DNA from: an uncultured Arcobacteraceae bacterium
GTDB taxonomy: Bacteria > Campylobacterota > Campylobacteria > Campylobacterales > Arcobacteraceae
Assembly (NCBI GenBank): GCA_964022095.1
Contig: CAXHZO010000006.1
Location: forward strand, 39,485 to 103,484
Reading direction: 5' to 3'
DNA length: 64,000 nucleotides
Part shown: positions 39,279 through 49,748 of the stretch, piece after piece
How the letters are laid out: each line of letters opens with the position of its first letter
Numbering within the stretch: position 1 is the stretch's first letter
Translations under genes and position numbers: made by a program
Notes under the pieces: model-generated
What the model was told of the DNA's origin: nothing
The model's input: only the letters and a program-made list of their open reading frames with translations
The model's database searches: none

Positions 39279-40402
39279 TTATTTTTCCAATTATAATATT
39301 TCAATGTTGCTATACTTTGAACTGCAACACCTTCTGATCTTCCTATAAACCCCATTTTTTCACCAGTTGTAGCTTTTATGTTTATAAACTGTTTTTTTAT
39401 TCCTAGTAAGGAACTAAGTTGAGACTTGATTTCATTTTTATGAGGATTGATTTTTGGTTTTTGTGCAAGAATCGTAAGGTCAATATTTACTATTTCATAA
39501 CCAACACTATATACAAATGCAAGAATTTCTTTTAGTAAGTATTTCGAATCAGCACCTTTATACTTTTCATCAGTATCTGGGAAAAACTCTCCAATATCTC
39601 CAGCTCCACAAGCTCCTAAAATGGCATCAATTACCGAATGAATTAATACATCTCCATCGCTGTGAGCTTTAAATCCATATTCACATGGAATTTCAACTCC
39701 ACCAAGATACATTTTTTTGCTATCTTCAAACTGGTGAATGTCAATACCAGTTCCTGTAAAGAAGTTATTGCAAGGAGCTTTAAGGCATGGCATGTCATTT
39801 AACTCATCACCAAAAGTTAATTTCTTGCTTTCAAGGCTACCTTGAATGTATTTAATAGTTCCACCATTTGCTTTAATTGCAGAGCTATCATCTGTATATT
39901 CAATATCTGTATTAATAGCTTTCTTTAGTGTTTCAGTGCATGATAGTTGAGGAGTTTGAATTAGTTTTACATCATCTCTATTAATAGTATCTTCTTGGTA
40001 AGTTACAGTATCAGATACTCTTAAAGTTGGAACTATACAAGAAGCTTCATCTTTATCCATGATTAGATTATTTATAACTTCTTTAGGGATACAAGCTCTA
40101 GCTACATCTGTAATCATTACTTTTTGTGATTCTACATAAGCTAATGCATTTTTGATAGATTCTTGTCTAGAGTTGCCACCTTTTACAAAAGTAACATCAT
40201 CAGTGAAGTTTTTCATGTAGTTTAGTTCATCTTTGTGAGAAACAACTATAACATTGTCAAAATTAGCATATGAAGATAGTCTATTTGTAACATTTAGCCA
40301 TAAAGGCTCATCTTCAATTCTTAACCATTGTTTCTTTGTTTTATGCTCAAAGCGCGATGAATTACCAGCGCAAAGCACTACAAGTGTAACATTTAACAAC
40401 AA
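39275..40402 (-). CDS. ispDF: bifunctional IspD/IspF
   Basis: AGNSSRF...KQW, GGNSRQES, IQTPQ; GIDIH, AHSDGDV, GDIG, KATT. Confidence 0.96.
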   Translation of the reverse strand: MLLNVTLVVLCAGNSSRFEHKTKKQWLRIEDEPLWLNVTNRLSSYANFDNVIVVSHKDELNYMKNFTDDVTFVKGGNSRQESIKNALAYVESQKVMITDVARACIPKEVINNLIMDKDEASCIVPTLRVSDTVTYQEDTINRDDVKLIQTPQLSCTETLKKAINTDIEYTDDSSAIKANGGTIKYIQGSLESKKLTFGDELNDMPCLKAPCNNFFTGTGIDIHQFEDSKKMYLGGVEIPCEYGFKAHSDGDVLIHSVIDAILGACGAGDIGEFFPDTDEKYKGADSKYLLKEILAFVYSVGYEIVNIDLTILAQKPKINPHKNEIKSQLSSLLGIKKQFINIKATTGEKMGFIGRSEGVAVQSIATLKYYNWKNK

Positions 40403-40458
40403 AACTCCTCTTGTGTAAAAAAGTTACATATTATATAGTAGCTACACTTATTATAAAG

Positions 40459-41283
40459 TTAAGAGTTTTGCGAAATCACTTCTTTAATTACATCAATTGA
40501 GTTTAGTAGATGTTCAATATCAAATCCATAAAGTGATGCTTTATTTACTGCTATTTCAATATTTTTTTCATCTAAAGGTTTTCTAATATCACATAAAATT
40601 TTTACTACTTCTAATATTTGAGCATGTTTTTTAAATGATTCTGGACATACATCTATATCATCAACAAAAGCTATTGGGAATATAATTTTATGGCTAAATG
40701 ACCAGTTTTTAAATATATTAGCTGTTATTCTAGAACAAGTAAAACCTGTAAATTTTTCTTCTACTAAAGCTGGGTCATTAGTTTCATTTAAGTCTTGTAA
40801 AAACTCTTCGGTTTGTTTATTTTCTTGTATAACATCAGAAATAACATATTTCCCAATTTGTTGTAAAAATGCTGGAAGTAGAAGTTCGTTTTTTAAGTCA
40901 AAATCAATACTTGAAATCCAAGTATTAACAATATTTGTAGCTAAAGAACTTGCAAAAATAAACTCATCATTAGTAACTGCATATGCTAAAAGATTTGAGT
41001 CAATTGAATTTTGAATTGCAGAACCAATAGCAATAGAAATTGTAAAGTTAATTCCTAATAAGTTTATTGCTCTACTTAGTGTTTCAACTTCACTTCTAAA
41101 CCCAAACATGCTTGAGTTTGCAACCCTTAAAATCGTAGTAACCATTAGAGGGTCTTTGTTTATAATTTTGATTAATTCATCAATTTCATAACTCTCTAAT
41201 TGTCTAAACTTCTCAAGCTCCATGATACTACTTGGTAGTGGAGGTAAAGAATTGATTTTATCTACTAATATTTTTTTCATCAT
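40459..41283 (-). CDS. HDOD domain protein
   Basis: LPPLP, DPLMVTTILRVANS, RAINLLG; the HD pair is replaced by QQ (LQQIGK). Confidence 0.92.
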   Translation of the reverse strand: MMKKILVDKINSLPPLPSSIMELEKFRQLESYEIDELIKIINKDPLMVTTILRVANSSMFGFRSEVETLSRAINLLGINFTISIAIGSAIQNSIDSNLLAYAVTNDEFIFASSLATNIVNTWISSIDFDLKNELLLPAFLQQIGKYVISDVIQENKQTEEFLQDLNETNDPALVEEKFTGFTCSRITANIFKNWSFSHKIIFPIAFVDDIDVCPESFKKHAQILEVVKILCDIRKPLDEKNIEIAVNKASLYGFDIEHLLNSIDVIKEVISQNS

Positions 41284-41293
41284 TTCCCTATAA

Positions 41294-43747
41294 TCATTTG
41301 TTTATTTCGTTCATTATAACTTCATCCATACTTTTAGCAGAAGAAAACAAAATTCTATCTTTTCTATCTTCAGTATAAGACAAATAAGAATCGATTTTTA
41401 TATAATCATTCTTGTATTTTACAACAAGATTTTTTATCTCATTAATAAGCTCTTTATGAGTACTTCTATTATTCAAAAGAATACCAATTTTAGAGCCTTC
41501 AAGTTTGTATGTACCAATTTGATCTTTTGATATAGTTTTTATTTCATTGGCAATTAATTGAAATATCTCTTCATTTTTATCAAAGCCATATTCTCTATTT
41601 ATTTTGTCAATAGATTTTATAAAGATTTCAATAAATCCAAGTTTAGTATCTTTGTGATTTCTTATTGTCTCTTTTAGTTTATCAATATTATAAAGTCCTG
41701 TTGCTTTATCAACTAATTGTTTGCTGTTTTGATTTAATGTATTTAAAATATTATTGATATTAGTAATTAAAAATGTTTTACTAGTATTTAGCACTTCTTT
41801 AAATCGTTCTTCTACTATTAATGGAAAGTTAAAATGTAAAGCATAGTTATTATCTAATTCAATAATATATTGTTTAAATCCTATATCTTTGAACTCTTTT
41901 TTTTCATTTTGATTCCCTACAATAGAAACTTGTGCTAATCCATAAAAAAGCTTATTTTCAAGTGTGTATGTTATATGGTTATAAATATCATTAAATTCAC
42001 TTAAGGGATTATTTAAAATTTCATTTGAAAGCATAGAAAAATCATTACTTAACTCAAGTTTTATTTCTAAATATTTATTTTTTTTGTATGTATTTAAAAG
42101 CTTTTCACTAAATTGTATGATTTCATCTTCTGCATATAATTCAGTATTTAATTTTAAATCTTTTTTATAGTAATTCCCTAAATTGAGTAAAAACTCTTTG
42201 TTTGCTTTTTTATGATGTGATGTTAAAAAAGAGTTACTATTTGTATATATATAACTAAAATAATACTCTTTTGCAGTATTCATAGTTTTATCTTCTCTTG
42301 AATAATAAATTGCTAAATCTAAGTATATATGAGTGTACAATTCAATAAGATGTGAGGCTGTTTTATTTTCATCAACATATTTTTTTATTAGTTCAAATAA
42401 CTCTAATGCTTCATAGTTTATATTATTATTTGAATAATAAGTAATAATTAAATCTAAGATTTTTAGTTTAAAATATTCATGGTAGTCATTTGTAATCTTT
42501 TTTGATTTAGCTAAAGTTTGCCCAATATTTAGATATTTGAAATTTTCAATTGAGTTTGCATATTTTAATATTAGATAAATAGTTTTTAAATTTATGTTTT
42601 TAAACTTTTTATCTGAAAATATAAAATCACTTAAAATAGTTTTGTGATTTATTGTTTTTGTAAAATCTTTATTTATTTGATATTCATAAATTAGTGAATC
42701 TAATAAAGTGTTTCTAAAATTATCAATAGATTCAAGTTCATAATTCTCTTCAAACTCATAATAAAAGTGATCGCTATAGGTTTTTAAAACTTTTTTAAAT
42801 GAATCAAGTTTTTTATAGGCATTTAAATTAATATTTAAAGTATCAAGGTCTTTTAATAAGTCTAGAATTAAAACAGAAGCGTTACTTTTAAAAATCAAAA
42901 ACTCTTGATTTTCATCTTTATAATTATTCTCCCCTCCAAAGTTTGAGTTCTTTGAAAGGTAGTACCCATCTTCTAATCTTTCAATTTGATAATATAGTTT
43001 ACTAAAAACCTCTTCAAGATTATCATTGGAAATCTCGATCTTTTTACTATCTATAAAATAGTAAAGATGAGTACCTTGAATATGATTTAGAATCATTAAG
43101 TAAGTCTGTTCTAGTTGAATATTGTATTTAAGTATATTGATACTTTCTCTCATGAGTTCTAAAAATATATTTATTGAATCTCTTCTTTTGTGATTTGTAG
43201 AGTTTATTAAACACAATTGGGTTAAAGATTCTAATAATAGTACATAAGATTGAAATTTAATCTCAAAAAGTTCATTGTCTTTTTCATTGAATAGTTTGAT
43301 TAAGTCATTTTCAATATTTCTTAATAAACTCGATAAATCTTTATAGTTATAGTCATTATATGAGTTAAATAAATTATATGGAGTTGATATAGAAAAGATT
43401 TTAAACATTAAAGATATATCTTTAAAAAAATATGTTGAGTCATTGTTTGTTAGACTCTCTAATTTTTTTACTAAATACAAATTAACATATTTTATAAAAG
43501 AGTGATTTTCTTCAAATAGTTGCACTAAATCTTTTTGTATAGCTAACTCTTTTTTTGATAAATCAGCAATATGGTTGATTATAAGAAGCGTATTTTTTTC
43601 TAAAGAATTAATTAGTTCATTTTCATCTTTAGATATTCTATACTTTTTTAGGATTAAATCTATCTTCTCAATATCTCTTATTTCTTGAATTTCTTCTTCA
43701 TCATACAAAGAATACATAGATGAAACAGTTTCTAACTCTTTTTTCAT
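41294..43747 (-). CDS. large helical protein with degenerate C-terminal GGDEF-like domain
   Basis: DKATGLYN, KINREYG, and YKLEGSKI in place of RxGGDEF. Confidence 0.7.
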   Translation of the reverse strand: MKKELETVSSMYSLYDEEEIQEIRDIEKIDLILKKYRISKDENELINSLEKNTLLIINHIADLSKKELAIQKDLVQLFEENHSFIKYVNLYLVKKLESLTNNDSTYFFKDISLMFKIFSISTPYNLFNSYNDYNYKDLSSLLRNIENDLIKLFNEKDNELFEIKFQSYVLLLESLTQLCLINSTNHKRRDSINIFLELMRESINILKYNIQLEQTYLMILNHIQGTHLYYFIDSKKIEISNDNLEEVFSKLYYQIERLEDGYYLSKNSNFGGENNYKDENQEFLIFKSNASVLILDLLKDLDTLNINLNAYKKLDSFKKVLKTYSDHFYYEFEENYELESIDNFRNTLLDSLIYEYQINKDFTKTINHKTILSDFIFSDKKFKNINLKTIYLILKYANSIENFKYLNIGQTLAKSKKITNDYHEYFKLKILDLIITYYSNNNINYEALELFELIKKYVDENKTASHLIELYTHIYLDLAIYYSREDKTMNTAKEYYFSYIYTNSNSFLTSHHKKANKEFLLNLGNYYKKDLKLNTELYAEDEIIQFSEKLLNTYKKNKYLEIKLELSNDFSMLSNEILNNPLSEFNDIYNHITYTLENKLFYGLAQVSIVGNQNEKKEFKDIGFKQYIIELDNNYALHFNFPLIVEERFKEVLNTSKTFLITNINNILNTLNQNSKQLVDKATGLYNIDKLKETIRNHKDTKLGFIEIFIKSIDKINREYGFDKNEEIFQLIANEIKTISKDQIGTYKLEGSKIGILLNNRSTHKELINEIKNLVVKYKNDYIKIDSYLSYTEDRKDRILFSSAKSMDEVIMNEINK

Positions 43748-43912
43748 GGCTTAACCTGTCTTGTAGTTGTATAAATTATATAGAAAAGAAACTTATACAA
43801 ATAATAATTTGAAAAAATTAGCATACTTAAGCTTCTCTAAATATATTTAGCTATAATCGAAATTACAGTTAAAATATATTATGAAATATTAAAAAGATTA
43901 TAGGAATTTATT

Positions 43913-45265
43913 ATGAGAAATTGGTTAGAAAATCATAAAGACGACGCAGTTAGAACACAAATGTATTATGCAAAGCAAGGTATTATTACTCCGGATATGG
44001 AGTATGTTGCAAAAGTAGAAAAGTTAGATCCTCAATTAGTTAGATCTGAGATTGAAAGAGGAAGATTAATTATTCCTGCAAATGTAAATCACAAACACTT
44101 AAATCCAATGGCTATTGGTATTGCTTCATCTTGTAAAATTAATGCAAATATTGGTTCTTCAGCATTAGCTTCTGATGTTTCAAAAGAAGTTGAAAAAGTT
44201 GACGTATGTTTAAAATATGGTGCAGACACTATCATGGACTTAAGTACTGGTGGTGATCTGGATATGATTAGAAGTGCTGTAATTGAGCACTCTACAGTTC
44301 CAATTGGTACAGTTCCAATTTATCAAATTTTACATGATGTAAATGATAAAATTGAAGACTTAACAATTGAAAAAATGTTAGAAGTAATTGAAAGACAAGC
44401 ACAACAAGGTGTTTCTTACTTTACTATTCACGCTGGATTCTTATTAGAATTTATGCCTCACGTTGCAAAAAGAAAAATGGGAATCGTTTCAAGAGGTGGT
44501 TCACTTATGGCTGCATGGATGATGCATTACCATAAAGAAAATCCTTTCTATGAAGCATTTGATGATATTTTAGCAATTTGTAAAAAATATGATGTTTCTT
44601 TATCTTTAGGAGATTCATTAAGACCAGGTTGTTTAGCTGATGCATCTGATGAAGCACAGTTAAGAGAGTTAAAAGTTCTTGGAGAACTTACTTTAAGAGC
44701 TTGGGAACAAGATGTTCAAGTTATGATTGAAGGACCAGGTCATGTTCCATTAAATCAAATTGAAAGAAATATGAAGTTAGAAAAAGAGTATTGTCATGAA
44801 GCACCATTCTATATCTTAGGACCATTAACTACTGATATTGCTGCTGGTTATGATCATATTTCATCTGCAATTGGTGCAGCTGTTGGTGGATGGCATGGTG
44901 CATCTATGTTATGTTATGTAACACCAAAAGAGCACTTAGGTTTACCTAATGCAGAAGATGTTAGAAATGGTATTATTGCATATAAAATTGCAGCACACTC
45001 TGCTGATATTGCAAGAGGTAGAAAAGGTGCAAGAGATATTGATGATGAAATGTCTGATGCTAGATATGCATTTGATTGGAATAAACAGTTTGAACTATGT
45101 TTAGATACTGAGCGAGCAAAAGAGTATCATGATGAAACACTTCCTCAAGATGTATTCAAAGAAGCAGAATTTTGTTCAATGTGTGGACCAAAATTCTGTT
45201 CATATAAAATTACACAAAAGATTGTAAAAGAACATGGACAAGAAATGGTAGATATCGCAGGTTAA
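43913..45265 (+). CDS. thiC: phosphomethylpyrimidine synthase
   Basis: [33 protein letters not shown]. Confidence 0.98.
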   Translation: MRNWLENHKDDAVRTQMYYAKQGIITPDMEYVAKVEKLDPQLVRSEIERGRLIIPANVNHKHLNPMAIGIASSCKINANIGSSALASDVSKEVEKVDVCLKYGADTIMDLSTGGDLDMIRSAVIEHSTVPIGTVPIYQILHDVNDKIEDLTIEKMLEVIERQAQQGVSYFTIHAGFLLEFMPHVAKRKMGIVSRGGSLMAAWMMHYHKENPFYEAFDDILAICKKYDVSLSLGDSLRPGCLADASDEAQLRELKVLGELTLRAWEQDVQVMIEGPGHVPLNQIERNMKLEKEYCHEAPFYILGPLTTDIAAGYDHISSAIGAAVGGWHGASMLCYVTPKEHLGLPNAEDVRNGIIAYKIAAHSADIARGRKGARDIDDEMSDARYAFDWNKQFELCLDTERAKEYHDETLPQDVFKEAEFCSMCGPKFCSYKITQKIVKEHGQEMVDIAG

Positions 45266-45331
45266 TTAAGACAGTAATTATCCTAATTAAATTATAATAC
45301 CGAAAATGAATATATTTTAAAGGAATTTTAT

Positions 45332-46513
45332 ATGAATATTGAAGATATAAAAAAACAACTTGAAAATATCAAATACCCAGGCTTTGCAAAATCGATTGTG
45401 GAGTTTGGATTTGTAAAAGATATCCAAGTTAATGAAAATAATGCTTCTATTACACTTGATATTACATCAAGTGCAGCAGAAGTTGAAGAACAATTAAGAA
45501 AAGAAATTACTGAAGCTATGAGTTCAATTGGAGTTAATGTAACATTATCTTTTAATAAGCCTCAAGCTCCAAAACAACAAAGTAATTCTACGAGTGGTCA
45601 AAACATGGCTCCTCAAATTAAAAAAGTTGTTATGGTTAGTTCTGGTAAAGGTGGAGTTGGTAAATCAACTACAACAGTTAACTTAGCAATTGCAACTGCA
45701 ATGCAAGGTAAAAGAGTTGGTATTTTAGATGCTGATGTTTATGGTCCAAATATTCCTAGAATGATGGGACTAAATGGTCAAGAACCTGAAATTGTTGGAA
45801 ATAAAGCTAAGCCATTAAACGCATACGGTGTTGATGTAATGTCAATGGGTGTTTTAATGGAAGAAGGGCAAGCTCTTATTTGGAGAGGTGCTATGATTAT
45901 GAAGGCAATCCAACAATTACTAAGAGATATTTTATGGGAAGAGTTAGATGTACTTTTCATTGATATGCCTCCAGGAACTGGTGATGCTCAATTAACATTA
46001 GCTCAAAGTGTTCCAGTAGCAGCTGGTATTAATGTAACTACTCCTCAACATGTAGCACTTGATGATTCAAGAAGAAGTTTAGATATGTTTACAAAACTTC
46101 ATATTCCAATTGCTGGTATTGTTGAAAATATGAGTGGATTTATTTGTCCATCATGTGAAACAGAATCAGATATCTTTGGTATGGGTACATGTGAAGAGTT
46201 AGCAACTCAATACAATACTCAAGTATTAGGTAACTTACCAATTGAACCTGCTATTAGAGAAGGTGGAGATGCTGGTAAACCAGTAACTTATTTCAATCCA
46301 GAATCAGTATCTGCAAAAAGATATATGATGGCTGCAGAGAAATTAATTACATTTATTGATAATCAAGAAGAAGTATCAAATGATGCAATTCAACCAACTA
46401 TGCCTGCAGGTGTTAGTGCTTGTTCTACTGAAGGACAAAAAATTAAAGCTGAACAAGAAGCTGCTAAACAACAAAGTGGCGGTGGATGTGGTACAGGATG
46501 TGGTTGTCACTAA
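45332..46513 (+). CDS. mrp: Mrp/ApbC (NBP35 family) Fe-S carrier ATPase
   Basis: GKGGVGKST, DADVYGP, DMPPGTGD, ENMS..ICPSC. Confidence 0.95.
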   Translation: MNIEDIKKQLENIKYPGFAKSIVEFGFVKDIQVNENNASITLDITSSAAEVEEQLRKEITEAMSSIGVNVTLSFNKPQAPKQQSNSTSGQNMAPQIKKVVMVSSGKGGVGKSTTTVNLAIATAMQGKRVGILDADVYGPNIPRMMGLNGQEPEIVGNKAKPLNAYGVDVMSMGVLMEEGQALIWRGAMIMKAIQQLLRDILWEELDVLFIDMPPGTGDAQLTLAQSVPVAAGINVTTPQHVALDDSRRSLDMFTKLHIPIAGIVENMSGFICPSCETESDIFGMGTCEELATQYNTQVLGNLPIEPAIREGGDAGKPVTYFNPESVSAKRYMMAAEKLITFIDNQEEVSNDAIQPTMPAGVSACSTEGQKIKAEQEAAKQQSGGGCGTGCGCH

Positions 46514-46516
46514 TTT

Positions 46517-46553
46517 ATATAAACTAGGAAATCTTCCCTAGTTTATATTTTTT
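46517..46553 (+). terminator. rho-independent terminator
   Basis: ATATAAACTAGG...CCTAGTTTATAT plus a T run. Confidence 0.75.
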
Positions 46554-46568
46554 AAGTAGTTAATTTAA

Positions 46569-47249
46569 CTACTTATTTCTTGAGTTTTTCTCTTCTATTC
46601 CAGACATATTAAATCTTCTAGCAAGTTCTTGTTTTACTCTATCAGGACTTATGTTTTTAGAAGCAAGTGCTACTAAAACGTGATATGTTATATCAGCTGC
46701 TTCATAAATGATCTCTTCAGTATCATCATCTTTAATTGCAAATGTGAATTCACCTGATTCTTCAACTATTTTTTTAAGCATTGAGTTTTGCTCACCTTTT
46801 AATAGTTTTGCTGTATATGATTTATTTGGATCATCATTCTTTCGCTCTTGAATTACATGGTATAAAGTGTCTATTACTCCATAAGCTGCTGTTGTATCAA
46901 TTTCAACTTTTTCTACTTCTTCATTTGTATCAAGTTTTGTAAAGAAACAAGACTTTCTTCCTGTATGACAAGCAACACCTTCTTGGTTTACTTTTAATAA
47001 TAGTGTATCATTATCACAATCAACTAAAATATCAACTATCTCTTGAGTGTGATTTGAACTTTCACCTTTTTTCCAAATTCTTTGTTTTGTTCTACTAAAA
47101 TAGTGAGCAAAACCAGTATTAAAAGTAAGCTCTAAAGCTTCCTTATTCATATAAGCAAGCATTAAAACTTCATTTGTTGTAGCGTCTTGAGTAACTACTG
47201 GAAGTAGGCCATCAATTTTTTCCCAATCAATTTTTTCTAGTTGTTTCAT
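46569..47249 (-). CDS. hisIE: bifunctional PR-AMP cyclohydrolase / PR-ATP pyrophosphatase
   Basis: VLMLAYMN, WKKGESS, DCDND, ACHTG..SCF, KKIVEE, EAAD. Confidence 0.97.
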   Translation of the reverse strand: MKQLEKIDWEKIDGLLPVVTQDATTNEVLMLAYMNKEALELTFNTGFAHYFSRTKQRIWKKGESSNHTQEIVDILVDCDNDTLLLKVNQEGVACHTGRKSCFFTKLDTNEEVEKVEIDTTAAYGVIDTLYHVIQERKNDDPNKSYTAKLLKGEQNSMLKKIVEESGEFTFAIKDDDTEEIIYEAADITYHVLVALASKNISPDRVKQELARRFNMSGIEEKNSRNK

Positions 47250-47257
47250 ATTTTCCC

Positions 47258-47524
47258 TTAGAAATTTGTTCCCATATCAAGTTTTAGTTTATCAATGGTT
47301 TTTGATTCTTTATTAACATCTACATTAACATCTATGTCAACATCTGATTTCTTTTTTTCTTTTTGTATTTCTTTATAACTTTTAGTCTCTTGTTTATACT
47401 TCATATTTTCATCATACTCATATGAAGGTTCAAGTTCTAATTTTAATTCAGGCTCTTTTTTTAGGGTATCTGATAGTAATAAAGATGTAAATATTAATGT
47501 AGATATTATAATTAGTTTTTTCAT
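47258..47524 (-). CDS. small secreted hypothetical protein
   Basis: Signal peptide; ends in two beta-like strands and a terminal Phe. Confidence 0.65.
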   Translation of the reverse strand: MKKLIIISTLIFTSLLLSDTLKKEPELKLELEPSYEYDENMKYKQETKSYKEIQKEKKKSDVDIDVNVDVNKESKTIDKLKLDMGTNF

Positions 47525-47532
47525 AAGTAATA

Positions 47533-47554
47533 AAGAGTAGAAAATTCTACTCTT
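47533..47554 (-). terminator. hairpin after the SPFH gene
   Basis: AAGAGTAGA-aaat-TCTACTCTT. Confidence 0.55.
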
Positions 47555-47557
47555 ATA

Positions 47558-48643
47558 TTATTGGCTAATAGCCGCGTCTCTTGTTTTATCTTTAGTATCA
47601 ACCCAGATATTTGGAGTTGAACCACCAGGAGTTAAGAAAATTTTAGCATCTTTGTTTTCTCTAAGTGCGTCGTTGAATTTTCCTTGTACATCAATTTGTT
47701 GCATATGTAATAACTTATCAGTTAAAGATTGTGCAATAGCTTTATTTGCTGCTGCTTGAGCTTTAGCTTCAATAGTAACTGCATCTGCTCTACCTTGTGC
47801 TTCAATTCTATTTTTGTCAGCCTCACCTTGTGCAAGTGCAGCTTTTTTCTCAGCTTCTTGTTTTGCTCTTAAAACTTCGTATCTAACTCTTTCAGATTCT
47901 TGGTTTGCTATTTGAACTCTTTCAATTTGCTCTTTGATTTTTGTAGGTAATACAATTTCTCTTAATTGAACTGATTCAACAGAAACAGGTCTTCCTTCTA
48001 AAGCTTCAATTTGACTTCTGATACCATCTTCGATCATAGTTGCAATTTCATTTCTTTTTGTAGGTAACTCTTCTGCGTTAAATCCACCAACTACATTTCT
48101 TACAATATTTCTTACAACTGGGTTAACAATTTTTTCTTCCCATGCTGGTCCCCATGTTGCAATAGTTGTTGGTGCACCTGCTGCTGTAAGTCTATATTGA
48201 ACAGTAAGTTCAATAGAAACAGGTAATCCTCTAGCATCAAGAATATTAATTGCTGGATTACTTCTAATACTTTGATCGAATCCTCCACTTGTTTCAACAG
48301 AAGCATAGTTCATAAGTCTTACTTTTGTATCTACTACAATAACTTTTTGAAATACTGGCATATAAAAACTAATACCAGGATTTAAAGGAATATCGCTATA
48401 TTTACCAGTAGTTGATTTAATACCAACTTGTCCTGATTCAATAATTACAAATGGTTTAAAGATAAATAATGCAGCTATTAAAATAATAATTACATATAAA
48501 AATCCTGCTTTTTTACCAAAGTTTTTGAAAAATTCAGGCGGCTCAAAAGGTGGTTGGTAGTTTCCACCACCACCATTGTTATTATTAGAACCACCACCGT
48601 TGCTCTGTTGTCTTTTTTTAAAATAGTCGTTATCTATTGGCAT
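47558..48643 (-). CDS. SPFH/prohibitin family membrane protein
   Basis: Gly/Asn-rich N-terminus, TM helix, band-7 domain, AQGEA coiled-coil repeats. Confidence 0.92.
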   Translation of the reverse strand: MPIDNDYFKKRQQSNGGGSNNNNGGGGNYQPPFEPPEFFKNFGKKAGFLYVIIILIAALFIFKPFVIIESGQVGIKSTTGKYSDIPLNPGISFYMPVFQKVIVVDTKVRLMNYASVETSGGFDQSIRSNPAINILDARGLPVSIELTVQYRLTAAGAPTTIATWGPAWEEKIVNPVVRNIVRNVVGGFNAEELPTKRNEIATMIEDGIRSQIEALEGRPVSVESVQLREIVLPTKIKEQIERVQIANQESERVRYEVLRAKQEAEKKAALAQGEADKNRIEAQGRADAVTIEAKAQAAANKAIAQSLTDKLLHMQQIDVQGKFNDALRENKDAKIFLTPGGSTPNIWVDTKDKTRDAAISQ

Positions 48644-48689
48644 ATTTTTCCTTGTAAAAAGTATTAAATTTAGTTTATAATATTATATA

Positions 48690-49610
48690 TTAGTTAACGT
48701 AAGTTAAATGCTTTAAATATTTTTCGTTTTTACCTTGAACTACATCAAAGTAAGCTGTTTGTAACTTTTCAGTTATAGGGCCTCTTGAACCACATCCAAT
48801 TACTCTTGCATCAACATCTCTAATTGGAGTAAGTTCAGCAGCAGTTCCTGTAAAGAATGCTTCATCTGCGATATAAATCTCTTCTCTTGAAATTCTTCTT
48901 CTAATTACTTCAATCCCAAAGTCATTTGCTAAATCAATAACAGTTGCTTGAGTAATTGATTCAAGTGAATTATCATTTGGAGGAGTAATTATTTTCCCAT
49001 CTCTAACAATAAAGAAGCAAGCACCACTAGCTTCAGCGATATAGCCTTGGTCATCTCTTAATAATGCTTCATCATAACCAGCTTCAACTGCTTCAAATTT
49101 TGCCATTTGAGAGTTTAAGTAATTAGCTACTGCTTTTGCTTTACCCATTCCTGAAGTATTAGGAGTTCTTGTCATTGAAGAGATTTTAACTCTTACACCT
49201 TTTTTAAGACCTTCTTCACCTAAGTAAGCTCCCCATTCCCATGCTGCAACAGAGCATTTTACAGGAGCATCTTTATGATACAGTCCCATAACTCCGTAAC
49301 CTAAGTATACTAATGGTCTAATATAAGCACCTTCAAATAGTTCATTTTTTTGTAATAATTCAATTTGTGCTTGGTTTAATTCATCTTCTGTAAATGGAAC
49401 AGTGATTAACGTCATTTTTGCTGATCTTATTAATCTTTGTGTATGTTCATGTAATTTAAAAATTGCACATCTTCCATCAACAGTTTTATATGCTTTTGTC
49501 CCTTCAATAGCACCATTACCATAGTGTAGTGTATGACTTAAAACATGTACATTAGCGTCATGCCAATTTACAAATTCTCCATCCATCCATATGTATTTTG
49601 CTTCAGTCAT
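48690..49610 (-). CDS. ilvE: branched-chain amino acid aminotransferase
   Basis: LHYG...EG, YIRP, KAVANY, EAFFTGTAAE. Confidence 0.96.
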   Translation of the reverse strand: MTEAKYIWMDGEFVNWHDANVHVLSHTLHYGNGAIEGTKAYKTVDGRCAIFKLHEHTQRLIRSAKMTLITVPFTEDELNQAQIELLQKNELFEGAYIRPLVYLGYGVMGLYHKDAPVKCSVAAWEWGAYLGEEGLKKGVRVKISSMTRTPNTSGMGKAKAVANYLNSQMAKFEAVEAGYDEALLRDDQGYIAEASGACFFIVRDGKIITPPNDNSLESITQATVIDLANDFGIEVIRRRISREEIYIADEAFFTGTAAELTPIRDVDARVIGCGSRGPITEKLQTAYFDVVQGKNEKYLKHLTYVN

Positions 49611-49748
49611 TTTATAAAATCCTGTTTTTTAAATTTTAGGTAATATTTTATCTAACAAATGTTTAAAAAACACACTAAAACTTTATATTGATGAATAAAC
49701 TTGTTAGTTTGATTATGATATATTTACAAAATTTTTTAGGGATGTTCA

